Of a stretch of 64,000 bases of DNA, positions 11,366 to 21,730 are shown piece by piece (the first letter of the stretch is position 1; every line of letters starts with the position of its first letter). The translations under genes were made by a program, and so were the position numbers. The notes beneath the pieces are model-generated. The model saw only the letters and a list, made by a program, of their open reading frames with translations, did no database searches and was not told where the DNA came from. The stretch is from the human T2T-CHM13v2.0 reference genome, Homo sapiens, in assembly GCF_009914755.1 (NCBI RefSeq), contig NC_060934.1; one strand, 5' to 3'.

Positions 11366-14300
11366 GTGAGCAGTCCTTCGACCCCGAGCGCTAATACGGT
11401 CCCTTCTTCCCCCGGCTCCCACTGGACCCTCCTCAGTCTCAATGCCCATGGGATTTGTAGCCAGTCCCTGCCCATCGCCCACGACCCCGGGAAGCGCGCA
11501 CAACTCTCGCCTTTGCCTAGCTACCCCCTCGAAGGGACCTCAAGTCACTGGAATTCCCCCCAGAGCAACTCCCAGACACAACGCAGGGGGTAAACATAAG
11601 GGGTTTTAGGAAGGGGTCTGAGGAGCACGTCCTGCAAGGGTAGAAAAGGAGCCTGGAGCTTGGCCCAGCTGTGAGCCCTTGGGCCCTCACTTCTTCACTC
11701 TGAGTCTGTTTCCTCATCTCACCAATAGGAACAGGAGCATGTACATTCCCGTAGAGTAGATACCAGGCCCACTGGGGATCTTGTTTTGTAAACGCGCCAG
11801 CCAGGGACAGGAAGTTGTGATCAAAAGGCAGCTGGAAGGTCTGGGTCAGATCCCAGCCCAGGCCCAGAAGTTCCAGCTCTCCACCCTCCGCCTCGCCCGC
11901 AGGGCTCGCGCTTCCACAGTTCTCGCCGAGAGCGCTATGGGACAGTGTTCAAGACGCACCTGCTGGGCAGGCCAGTGATCCGCGTGAGCGGCGCGGAGAA
12001 CGTGCGCACCATCCTGCTGGGCGAGCACCGCCTGGTGCGCAGCCAGTGGCCGCAGAGTGCGCACATCCTGCTGGGCTCGCACACACTGCTAGGTGCGGTC
12101 GGCGAGCCGCACCGGCGGCGGCGCAAGGTGAGTGGAAACGGGAATGGACCGTAGATACGTCGGATCCGCGGTCCCCGGCATCTGCCATGGGCCAGGCCGG
12201 GGCCCCGGTGTTGGATACACTGTGAACCCGACCAAGGTCCCTGGTAACTAGCGGGTGGCCTTGGGCGGGTCCGTTACCTTCAGCTTCGGTTTATAAAGTT
12301 AGGACTGCGCTAAAAGATTCTTTCATCTCCCATCTTCCGTGGCTGTGATAGCAGAAGCGCTGGAGACTCAGACCTAGAAAGGGGCCAGGGAAGACTTCTT
12401 AGAGGAGATGGCAGCTGGAGCCTGGATGGTTGGGAGGGACTGTGTGCATCAGAGCAGAACTGGGGGAAATGGCGAAAGCAAAAGCCAGGAAGTTTAGGTC
12501 TGGGCCGCTTGGAAGAGGGAGAAAGGACCGGAACTGGCCTTCTGGCTACTCCGGAATCGCCAAGCAGATGAGGCCAGACCGCCGCCAGCGCTGATCACGC
12601 GCGCTCCCACAGGTCCTGGCGCGCGTGTTCAGCCGCGCCGCGCTGGAGCGCTACGTGCCGCGCCTGCAGGGGGCGCTGCGGCATGAGGTGCGCTCCTGGT
12701 GCGCGGCGGGCGGGCCGGTCTCAGTCTACGACGCCTCCAAAGCGCTCACCTTCCGCATGGCCGCGCGCATCCTGCTGGGGTTGCGGCTGGACGAGGCGCA
12801 GTGCGCCACGCTGGCCCGGACTTTCGAGCAGCTCGTGGAGAACCTCTTCTCACTGCCTCTGGACGTTCCCTTCAGTGGCCTACGCAAGGTACGGCCGCCC
12901 CGGCTCCAGACCTTCCTCCGAGGCTCCGCGGCGCGGGCGGGCCTCCCAGACCCAGACGGGACGCCCTCGGCGCACCCCGCGCGTCCGTCACCTCTGCTGG
13001 GAACGGCGGCAGGGCCCGGGGGTGGGAGGCTTTGTGGCGGTGGCGTGGCGGTGGGCTCTGGGCCTGGCCTCTGTGCTGGTTCGCTGGTGTGACCTGGGGC
13101 TGGCCACACGACCTCCGTGGGACGCGCCTGCCGCGACGCGCTCCAGCCTGAGCAAGCGCGGGCCGCCAGAGTTTGGGGTCTCGGTGGCAGGCGTCCTGCC
13201 AGTCGGTCGGACTCCTTCCCACAGCGGCGCCCCTGGGGCCGGCCTCCATCACCTCTTCGGAAGCCCAGATGGCTGCGGAACCGAGGAGAGCGTGAGGGCT
13301 GCAGATGAGCCCCGGTCCAGCCCAGCGCCAGCCCCGGACCCAGGGGTGTGGGCGTCAGCTCCACCAGCCCTGGACCCGCTAGGTTTCGGGATCAGAGAAC
13401 TGCTGCTTCTCCAGACTTCAGAACAATGGGCAGGACCCGGAGAGCAGCTAGGATGCCCCATCCCGCCTTTTGGTCCCCTTATTCTGGGACTTCCCACTGT
13501 TTGATTCCCTGGTTTTCAGTCACCTGCATAAAAATAATATGTGTAAAGGATCATGCTATAGGCTGATCACCGTGGATACGTTTTCTGATCTAATCCTCGC
13601 AGCCTGCAAAGTGTTATGATTCTCATTTTATTGGCCAAACTTATTTTATTGACTTACCCAAGATCACACCGTTAGTAGGGGCACGAACAGGACTTTAACC
13701 TCATCTCCTCCGACTATGGAACTCAAGTGCTGAATTACAGTGCTTTCCCCGGGGGAATGCTTTTGCTGCGGCTATTCCCTGAACTCTGGAGAGGCATCCC
13801 CTATTGCCCACGCTCTTACAGAGGCTAATGCTTACAAATCCAATAGTGTCCTCTAAGTCAGAGCTTTGCTGGGTGCATCAAGGTACCCCAGCCTGAGCCT
13901 AGTACAGGGAAAGGGCAATGGGCTGACCCTAGCCGCACTGGGCTCTGTGCCAGGCATGGACATGGACAGCTGTGTGACTCTGGGCAATTGCTTGACCTCT
14001 CTGAACTTCAGCATCCTCTCCTCAGGATGACAGTAACTCTGCTGTGGCTCAGAGGGGGATTGTGATAATCAAGACAGAATGATGTTTGTGGACAGTGGAC
14101 ATATCCCCGACCATTTACTGAGCCCAGCCATATGCCAGGCCAGGAGCTAAGCTGGGAAGCTGTTAACACAAGGATGTTGGCAGAGCCAGTGCTGAGAAGG
14201 TTTTCTGGGTAAGTGGCCGGGCTTGGCCCCCTTAGCCTTCCTGCCCCATCTTTCTTCTCTCCCTGAACATCAGGGCATCCGGGCAAGGGACCAGCTGCAT

Positions 14301-17300
14301 CGGCACCTGGAGGGGGCCATTTCTGAGAAGCTTCACGAGGACAAGGCTGCAGAGCCGGGTGATGCCCTCGACCTAATCATTCACAGTGCAAGGGAGCTGG
14401 GCCATGAGCCCTCCATGCAGGAGCTGAAGGTAGGTGCTGACAGGCCGCTCCTTCTCCCCTCTTTTGCATTCCCAGCAGGTCCCTACACCAATGCTGCATC
14501 CCCAGAGCCACATCTTGTGTGGCCCCACTTTGAGGCACAGGCAGTCCTCAAGATGAGGGGCAAGAGGAGACCTGGGTTCCAGTAATGACTCAGCCACACT
14601 CACTACCTCTGCAGCCTTCAGCCACCAGCCAGCCTTGTCAGTAGGAGAACTGAAGGCAAGAATCCTAGGCCCATCTTTGCAGGTTTCTGGCCACAAATGG
14701 CTCTCTCTCCTTTCCTTCCCCCACTGCCCTTCTCTGCCACTCCATGCCTTTGCCTCTGCTGTCCCCCTGCCTACAAAGCCCTCATTATTCATTTTTTCTA
14801 GAAACTCTAAGGGGCTCAGGATCAAACTCCACATCCTCAAAGCTCCCTTCTTCCTTCCAAAATCACCTCTCTCCTTCTATGAGCTACCTTGGCACCTGGT
14901 ACCTCTATCCGTCTGTCTTGTTGCTGTGGATCTCCTGGAGAATTAGGACCCCTCCCCTTGTACACACATCGCACATACAGTGGAGGGGAGGTGGTAAGCT
15001 TTGGAATGGCCCCAGGACTTGCTTGAGCACCCAAAAAGGAGTGGAGAAGTTAGGGGGAGGGGAAGTTAGAAATAGGGAGACCTCAATCTTCCATAAGCAA
15101 CTCTTACGCATCCTTTCTCTGGGCCTCAGTTTCCCACTTTCTACCAGAGACATCCCTGAAGGGTAGGCCTCAGCTTTAGCTTCTTTTCTGAGATTGGAAC
15201 TAATAAGAGCATGAGCAATGGGCTCTTCTTGCGCAGAGCAGACCAAGAAGACATTTAGTGACTCCCTGGGACCATTCCGGTAGGGAGAGGATGAAGCCAT
15301 GATGCCGGCATTGGTACGAGGCTGGCACTGCTGCTGCAGGTGCCTTTGTTGCACTGCAGCCATTGTCAGGCTGTTCCACTGGGGTTGGCGGCCGCACCAC
15401 CAGGTGGTGAAGAGCACTGGACTCCTGCCGGGAGTGCTAGCTGTAGGGACCTTGAGCACTACTCTGGAGTCTCCGTTTTCAACTCCATAAAACAAGAGCA
15501 GCAATTGTGCCTCACAGAGGGGAGGTGAGAACCGAATGAGTGAATATGCTTAAAGCACCAAGAAGAGTGCTTAGAGTAAGTTCCCGCATTCTCTCTGGGA
15601 ACCATCGCAAGGCGGGTGGATAGATCCTAATGTTGCCTGTTGCTACAGCTGACTTTCCCAAATGGTGGACTTGAGATTTAATCGACTTCAAAACCGTACA
15701 CACAGTCGCGGCGGTAATAGCACTTCCCTGCCCCCTGGCTTTTCGCAATAGTAAATTTGGGTGCTTTTCATCTCCACGGGGCCGTCGGGTCAGCGCCCCG
15801 GGCGACTCCACCGCCCGAGACTCAGTGCAGCCCGGGGCTGTCTTGCAGGAGTCGGCTGTGGAGCTCCTCTTCGCCGCCTTCTTCACCACGGCCAGTGCCA
15901 GCACCTCGCTCGTCCTGCTGCTACTGCAGCATCCGGCGGCCATCGCCAAGATTCGGGAGGAGCTGGTGGCGCAGGGGCTGGGGCGCGCGTGCGGCTGCGC
16001 GCCCGGGGCCGCTGGGGGCAGCGAGGGGCCCCCGCCCGACTGCGGCTGCGAGCCCGACCTCAGCCTCGCGGCGCTGGGCCGTCTGCGCTACGTCGACTGC
16101 GTGGTCAAGGAGGTGCTGCGCCTCCTGCCGCCAGTGTCCGGGGGCTACCGCACCGCCCTGCGCACCTTCGAGCTCGACGTAAGTGCGCCGTGCCAGCCCA
16201 TGGCCAGCCTCCTGCCTCCTGCCGCCTGCCGCCTGCCGCCTGCCGCGGCGGCGCCCAGGTGGGAGGAGGGCGGAGGGATTCGGACGGCGCGGTCACCTCT
16301 TTTGCCCTCAGAGCCTCAGCCTTCCGTCCTATAAAATGGGCTGAGCCTTGTTCCACCTCCCCGGATCCCCCGCTGAGGGACGCAAAGCCTGGCGAGACTG
16401 CAAGGTTAGGGATCTCGTACCCTTCAGCTTTTGGCAGCGGTTCGGAACGGTCAATTCAATGAGAGCGGAGTTTTAGAATAAAAATACTCTTCTATCCGTG
16501 CAGCACCCCCTCCCAGCCAGTGAGTGTGGATGGAGAACAAAGAGAACCCCTCAGTATGTCCTGTGCTCCACCCCTCTGGCTCCCTCACAAGATGAAGGAA
16601 CCCCTCATTGCGACCGGTCCAGGGTTCTGGCTGGGGCCAGATTCCAGGGGAGGGGGGGATTAAAATACCGGGTAGACGCTTCATCTCTGATCAGGCCGGT
16701 TTGGGCTGAGCAAGGTTGAGGTCTAGAACTGACTCCATCTCCGTATGACCTTGGGCAGTTCCCTCTTCACTCTGGGCCTCAGTTTACTCTCTGCAAGGAA
16801 GCTGTCTTGGTCCTTTCCAGCTCTGACACTCCATCCAGGTGGGTCCGGGCTGTGGGGGTACAGTGGTGGCCTCAGGCAGTGGTGCTCTGGCTGTGCCAAA
16901 CTGTGGGTGTTTGCCTGAAAGGCTGTCGTTGCAGTCCCCTGAGCACCATGCTTGGTGGCTGGGTGGCTCCAGATAAAAATGGGCATTCCACAGTGAACAT
17001 TTGTGGCACATTGCGTGCCAGGGTTCAGGAGGCATCAAAGGGACTGGGATTCTACCCTGGAGGGGCTCCACTTGGAGAGGAAGGGGGCCGGGACTGACAG
17101 CCTCATCCCACTTGTAGTGTGACAGCCTCATCCCACTTGTAGTGTGAAGAGAGTGATCTCTAGTGCTGGATGACACCAACACATTCTGAGAGCTGGAGTT
17201 TGAACTGGAGCAGTGAAAGGTTTGGACGGGAGAGCCTATTACAGAGAGAGCAGACTCAGACAAAGGTGGATGTTGAGAAGTGTCTTGAATGCGGAATCAG

Positions 17301-18583
17301 TCTTGGAATGCCAGCTTCATTCTGCAGGCGCTGGAGTGCCCTACAAGACCTTAGGGAAGCACAGAACCAGGGTGGTGAGCAGAGGACAGGAAAGGGTCTT
17401 AGCCACCTCCAGTTCACAGATGAGAACACTGATGTCTAGAGAGGAAAGAGAGCTCCTGGGATGATTCCAAGATGTTCTGTTCTCCAGTTAGAAACTTTGA
17501 GTATTCACCCTGGAACTTGATATGAGGGTAGCAGTGTAGTCAGGGGGTTGGAAGACGTATCAAAAAGCCAAATGGTTGAAAAAGCTAGGGGTGGGCAGAG
17601 GGAACATGAAAACTGCCTTTCAGCATTTTAAGGATGGCCAGTTTGATTCTCATGTGCGCCTTCTTAAAGTGTGGTACCAAATCTGAACATTATCGTCCAG
17701 CTGATGGATGGGAAGGATGGCAAGTTTTCAGTTCAATGCAAAGAAGAGCTCTACCATGGAACTGACCTCGAGGAATTGTCATGTGCATTTTTCCCACTCT
17801 AGCAGCTGGGAGGTGTAGCACTAGAATTTAGGTCTCCTCATCTAAGGTCAGAAGAAAAAAAGACAAAACCAAACGGGAACATAACTAATAGTTACCGTTT
17901 ACTGAACACTCATATGTGCCAAGTCCTTAATTTGAATCCTCACCAACAAAGGGGCCATTTTTCCCCTCATTTTTTCAAAGAGGAAACTGAAGCTCAGAGA
18001 GGCTGCGCATCTAGCCCAAGGTCATACATTTCACCAGTGAAGGAGTTGAGATTGGAACACAGAGCTTTCTCCTGGTTTCCGGGTTAATCGCGGATTCCTC
18101 CTGGTTTTCGGAAGCCTGATGGAAGCACCAGGGTGGAGGGTCAGTTCAGGGCCCCCCCGTTTCCAGGTGCCTCGTGGTCAGGCTGATCTCCTCGCCTCTC
18201 TGCAGGGCTACCAGATCCCCAAGGGCTGGAGCGTGATGTATAGCATCCGGGACACGCACGAGACGGCTGCGGTGTACCGCAGCCCTCCCGAAGGCTTCGA
18301 TCCAGAGCGCTTCGGCGCAGCGCGCGAAGATTCCCGGGGCGCCTCCAGCCGCTTCCATTACATCCCGTTCGGCGGCGGTGCGCGCAGCTGCCTCGGCCAG
18401 GAGCTGGCGCAAGCCGTGCTCCAGCTGCTAGCTGTGGAGCTAGTGCGCACCGCGCGCTGGGAACTGGCCACACCCGCCTTCCCCGCCATGCAGACGGTGC
18501 CCATCGTGCACCCAGTGGACGGGCTGCGGCTCTTTTTCCACCCCCTCACGCCTTCGGTTGCGGGGAATGGGCTATGCCTCTGA
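11162..18583 (+). CDS. CYP26C1: CYP26C1, cytochrome P450 retinoic acid hydroxylase; 6 exons, 522 aa
   Basis: Exons 11162-11365, 11903-12127, 12613-12888, 14274-14429, 15849-16178 and 18206-18583 total 1569 nt; all introns GT-AG. N-terminal anchor, [14 protein letters not shown] hinge, KEVLR (ExxR), FDPERF and [10 protein letters not shown] heme motif present. Confidence 0.98.
11903..12127 (+). CDS. CYP26C1: CYP26C1 exon 2
   Basis: cgcag|[24 protein letters not shown]...RRRRK|gtgagt; 225 nt. Confidence 0.96.
12613..12888 (+). CDS. CYP26C1: CYP26C1 exon 3
   Basis: cacag|[14 protein letters not shown]...DVPFSGLRK|gtacgg; 276 nt. Confidence 0.96.
13960..14090 (+). mobile_element. MIR in CYP26C1 intron 3
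   Basis: ctgtgtgactctgggcaattgcttgacctctctgaacttcag resembles the MIR core. Confidence 0.65.
14274..14429 (+). CDS. CYP26C1: CYP26C1 exon 4
   Basis: atcag|[11 protein letters not shown]...SMQELK|gtaggt; 156 nt. Confidence 0.96.
15849..16178 (+). CDS. CYP26C1: CYP26C1 exon 5 (I to K helices)
   Basis: tgcag|[16 protein letters not shown]...KEVLRL...TFELD|gtaagt; 330 nt. Confidence 0.96.
16207..16246 (+). repeat. (GCCKCCT)n heptamer tandem repeat
   Basis: gcctcct x2, gccgcct x3, then gccgc. Confidence 0.9.
17095..17147 (+). repeat. Perfect 25-bp tandem duplication
   Basis: TGACAGCCTCATCCCACTTGTAGTG at 17095-17119 and 17120-17144. Confidence 0.95.
17885..18070 (-). mobile_element. MIR in CYP26C1 intron 5
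   Basis: tttactgaacact...gaggaaactgaagctcagagagg...cccaaggtcatac...gagattggaac. Confidence 0.7.
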
Positions 18584-19200
18584 CATGCTTGCGCTCTAGG
18601 ACACGGCTTGGCCGGTGGCTATGGCGCGCACGCAGCGCCACCCATCTGCCGCTCCCCATTGTAGCGTCGCGCGCCCACTCTTTCACTCGTTCAACAATCT
18701 TTCAACAAATGTTCGCCAAACGCGGATGTGTGCCGGACTCGAGGAAGGAGGAGGGCGAGCCACCGCTGCCGCGCCAGAGAAGCATCTAAGCCCATGGGAA
18801 GATGCCTTCTGCGCTCCGCGCCCAGAGGAAGGAAAATGTCGTGGGCCAAGCAGGAATGGAGGGAATAGATAGATCCCCACGAGGTGCTGCTTGGCTTCCC
18901 CTTCCCGAGCCAATCCAGGGAGGGTGCATGGATGGGGGAAGGCGAGGTAGGGGTGGCAGGGGAGTGGGAATATTGCAACTCGGGGACATTGCAGAGACCC
19001 GACGCACGCGGTGGGACCTGCAACCCTTGTAAGGAAGCGGGCACGCCGTGGGCGCAACCCTGGCCTGGCTTTGGGCCATAGAAAAAACACGCAGAGGATG
19101 CCTGACGGAAGGCCCTCTGGCAGCTGGCGTCTGGCTTCGTGCGCCTTGGCCACTCTGCCGGTCTCGGCGGAAACTAGCAACTGTGGGCACTTCCAGGCTC
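18150..19200. promoter_or_regulatory. CpG island over CYP26C1 exon 6 and 3' UTR
   Basis: Dense CpG continuing ~600 nt past the stop codon. Confidence 0.7.
18206..18583 (+). CDS. CYP26C1: CYP26C1 exon 6 (heme-binding Cys459)
   Basis: tgcag|GYQIPKGW...[10 protein letters not shown]...GLCL, TGA at 18581-18583. Confidence 0.96.
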   Translation, partial: GYQIPKGWSVMYSIRDTHETAAVYRSPPEGFDPERFGAAREDSRGASSRFHYIPFGGGARSCLGQELAQAVLQLLAVELVRTARWELATPAFPAMQTVPIVHPVDGLRLFFHPLTPSVAGNGLCL

Positions 19201-19401
19201 GAAAGGGCTCAAGGTCACCGGATTCTGCTGGCCACTTCTTAAAAGGAAAAATTCCTACCTTAAGAAGGCATTTACTCTTGTCATGTATACAGAGGAGAAT
19301 AGGCACACCAACACGTCTCCAACGCTGGATTATTTTCATGGGAGGTTGAGACATAATTAGAGAGGTTTGAGATATTTGTACCAAAAATAGGAAGGCCAAG
19401 A

Positions 19402-19407
19402 AATAAA
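19402..19407 (+). terminator. CYP26C1: CYP26C1 polyadenylation signal
   Basis: First AATAAA after the stop codon, followed by GT-rich sequence. Confidence 0.75.
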
Positions 19408-19635
19408 GTGTCTTGGGAGCGGTTGAGTGAGGAGGCTAGGGTTTATCTGGGCAGCTGCTCCCTGGGGGGAAGGCACTGGGGTGCAGGGTTGGGGAGGCCA
19501 GGGAAGGACCCACCCCACAGTACACCCAGAGAGGAGCTGGGAGCTGGGCAGCCTAGGGCCTGGGCTGCCCAGACTTCTCTCTGAGTATAACCCCGGAAGC
19601 TGGGCTGTGAATTGTCTCCAGGTTTCAGGGACCTT

Positions 19636-19940
19636 ATTTTTATTTTTATTTTTTTGAGACAGGGTCTTCCTCTGTGGCCCAGGCTGGAGTGTAGTGGCAC
19701 AACCAGCTCACTGCCACCTCTGCCTCTCGTGCTCAAGCCATCCTCCCATCTCAGCCTCCCAAGTAGCTGGGACTACAGGCACGTGCCACAACGCCTAGCT
19801 ATTTTTTTTTCTATTTTTAATAGAGACGGGGGGTTTCACCATGTCACCCAGGCTGGTCTCAAACTCTTGGGCTTAAGCGAACCATCTGCCTTGGCTTCCC
19901 AAAGTGCTGGGGTTAGAGGTGTGACCCACCACACCCTGGA
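19636..19940 (-). mobile_element. Alu (AluJ-like)
   Basis: T-rich tail followed by a diverged antisense Alu dimer. Confidence 0.9.
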
Positions 19941-20999
19941 GTCACTCCTTTCCAGTGACTCCAGTCTAGTCCCTGCGCCCTCACCCCTCCCTGCCATTTC
20001 AGGGCCTTCTGGTTTTACGGCTTCACCATCCTCTCTATCACAGAGAAGAAATTGAGGAGCAATCTAGGTGAATGACTCACCTGAGAAGCCCAGCAATAGG
20101 CTCCTGGACTCCCCAGCCAGTGCTCTCCTCCACCCCCATCCCTTCACTCTTCTGCCCCAACCTCTGTTCCTGTGGCCATCAGGTAGGGCTGAACACTTTG
20201 GCCTCCTTTTCATGATAAGCCCTAGCTAGACTTGAGGACTCTCTCAACCATTCCGGTACAGAGGTTCCAACCAGTGTTTAAATCAAAGCCAAAAGCCTCC
20301 ATGTCATCATTCCCAACAGCCCACTTCAATCTGCCACCCAGCTTCCAACAGACCGGGGCAGCTGGACATAAGGGGTGAGCCAGGGAAGTAGCTGCCTAGG
20401 CCTGAGCTGACCCCTTAGTGAACCAGAAGAAAGCCAGTGCCCTCCTGACCTCATGCTTAAGGTGGATCCCAGGGCCAGAAGGAAGGGGGACACAGCAGGC
20501 ACTTACAGGGTTGGTAGCTCCACAGTACAGCAAGCCCTTCCAACCTGGGCTGACACTGCCATAACCCCCACACAGGGCAATTCATCACCCATTGTCAGCC
20601 AAGGGCCTGGTGCCAGGCCCTGAGCTTGGGAGACACCAGGGGCAGCAAAGGTGGCAGGACGTGGGCCTGCCCTAAGAGTGCTCTTGCAAATGCAGAGGAC
20701 AGCCTGGCCTGAGAAGCGTGGGTTTGGGCGAGGAGAAGGATGCAGGCTTCAGGGTTGATTGTGATTTAGAGAGAGGAGAGAAGAATGGGGTGGGGACCCT
20801 CAGAAGCAAGGCTAGTTGAGCTGGTTCCAAGAAGACCTGGTTGACCTGCATTGGGGTCTGGACTAACTATAAGCCTCTGTAGGGATGGCTCCAGTTTTAA
20901 TTTTCCATGGGTACATCATGCTCAGTAATTTTGAGGGATATCTTAGCTCCTGTTTTAGTAGCTGCAGATTCTCTGGGGAAGGAGCAGAGGAGGTTCCTT

Positions 21000-21280
21000 C
21001 CCTCCTGCACTTGATATGCTCTGGAGGGAGGCAGACAAGAAATAAACTAGCAAACAAAAGGGTAAGAATATGTCCAGTGGTGATAATCGCCGTCATGGAA
21101 ATAAAACAGGCCTGTGATAGTGTCTGGGGCTAAATTAGGCTGGATGGGTGGGGGGAACCTTGGAGGAGGTGACATTTGACTTTGGAAGGAACCAGCCAGC
21201 GGTGGCCTGGGGGAGGGGTGCCACATGCAGAGGGAACAGCAGGTATAGAACTGTGAGACAGGAACGCACGTTCAGAAATG
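21000..21280 (-). mobile_element. L2 fragment
   Basis: ggaggaggtgacatttga...gcagagggaacagc, typical antisense L2. Confidence 0.6.
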
Positions 21281-21730
21281 AGACCGGGGGCTGAAAGGAG
21301 AAAAGCGGAGGTGGACTCCTTTGCTGTGACTCCAGTCTAGTCCCTGTACCCTCACCCCACCCCACCAGCAAAAAAAACAAAAAAACAAAAAAACAAAAAA
21401 CCCGACTCCCCATCCCCGCCTCTTAGCAATAGGGAGGCTGTTTTGTAAACATCTTGGAAACGAGTTGTTTTTCAGTGAACCCACCCCCCTCCCCGCCCAC
21501 CACCACCCACGAAAGCTTGGCGAGATTCCTAGATCAAAGTTCCTATTGGCCTGGTAATTTATTGACCCCCCCCCCCCCGCCCTGCCCCCCTTCAAGATGT
21601 TCTTTAATGATCGTTCACTCTCACATTTAATCCTTTCCTGCGGGACGCCCCCGCCGGCCTCGATGTACAGATAGATTAAAACGTTTTTTTCCCTGCGGCA
21701 ATTTCCAGCGTGCAGGCCCCGCTCATCTTG

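Larger units (their letters stand above)
10100..13400. promoter_or_regulatory. CpG island(s) over the CYP26C1 promoter and exons 1-3
   Basis: Visibly high GC and CpG density against AT-rich flanks; interrupted ~11.5-11.9 kb. Confidence 0.8.
15750..16450. promoter_or_regulatory. Intragenic CpG island over CYP26C1 exon 5
   Basis: Dense CpG and GC extending into both flanking introns. Confidence 0.75.

Noticed and set aside
12683-13504. 273-aa and overlapping ORFs around CYP26C1 exon 3/intron 3
   Set aside because: Alternative frames of CpG-island DNA; the real frame is defined by splice sites and P450 homology.
18683-19399. 238-aa antisense ORF over the CYP26C1 3' UTR
   Set aside because: Non-ATG start, no domain, GC-rich.
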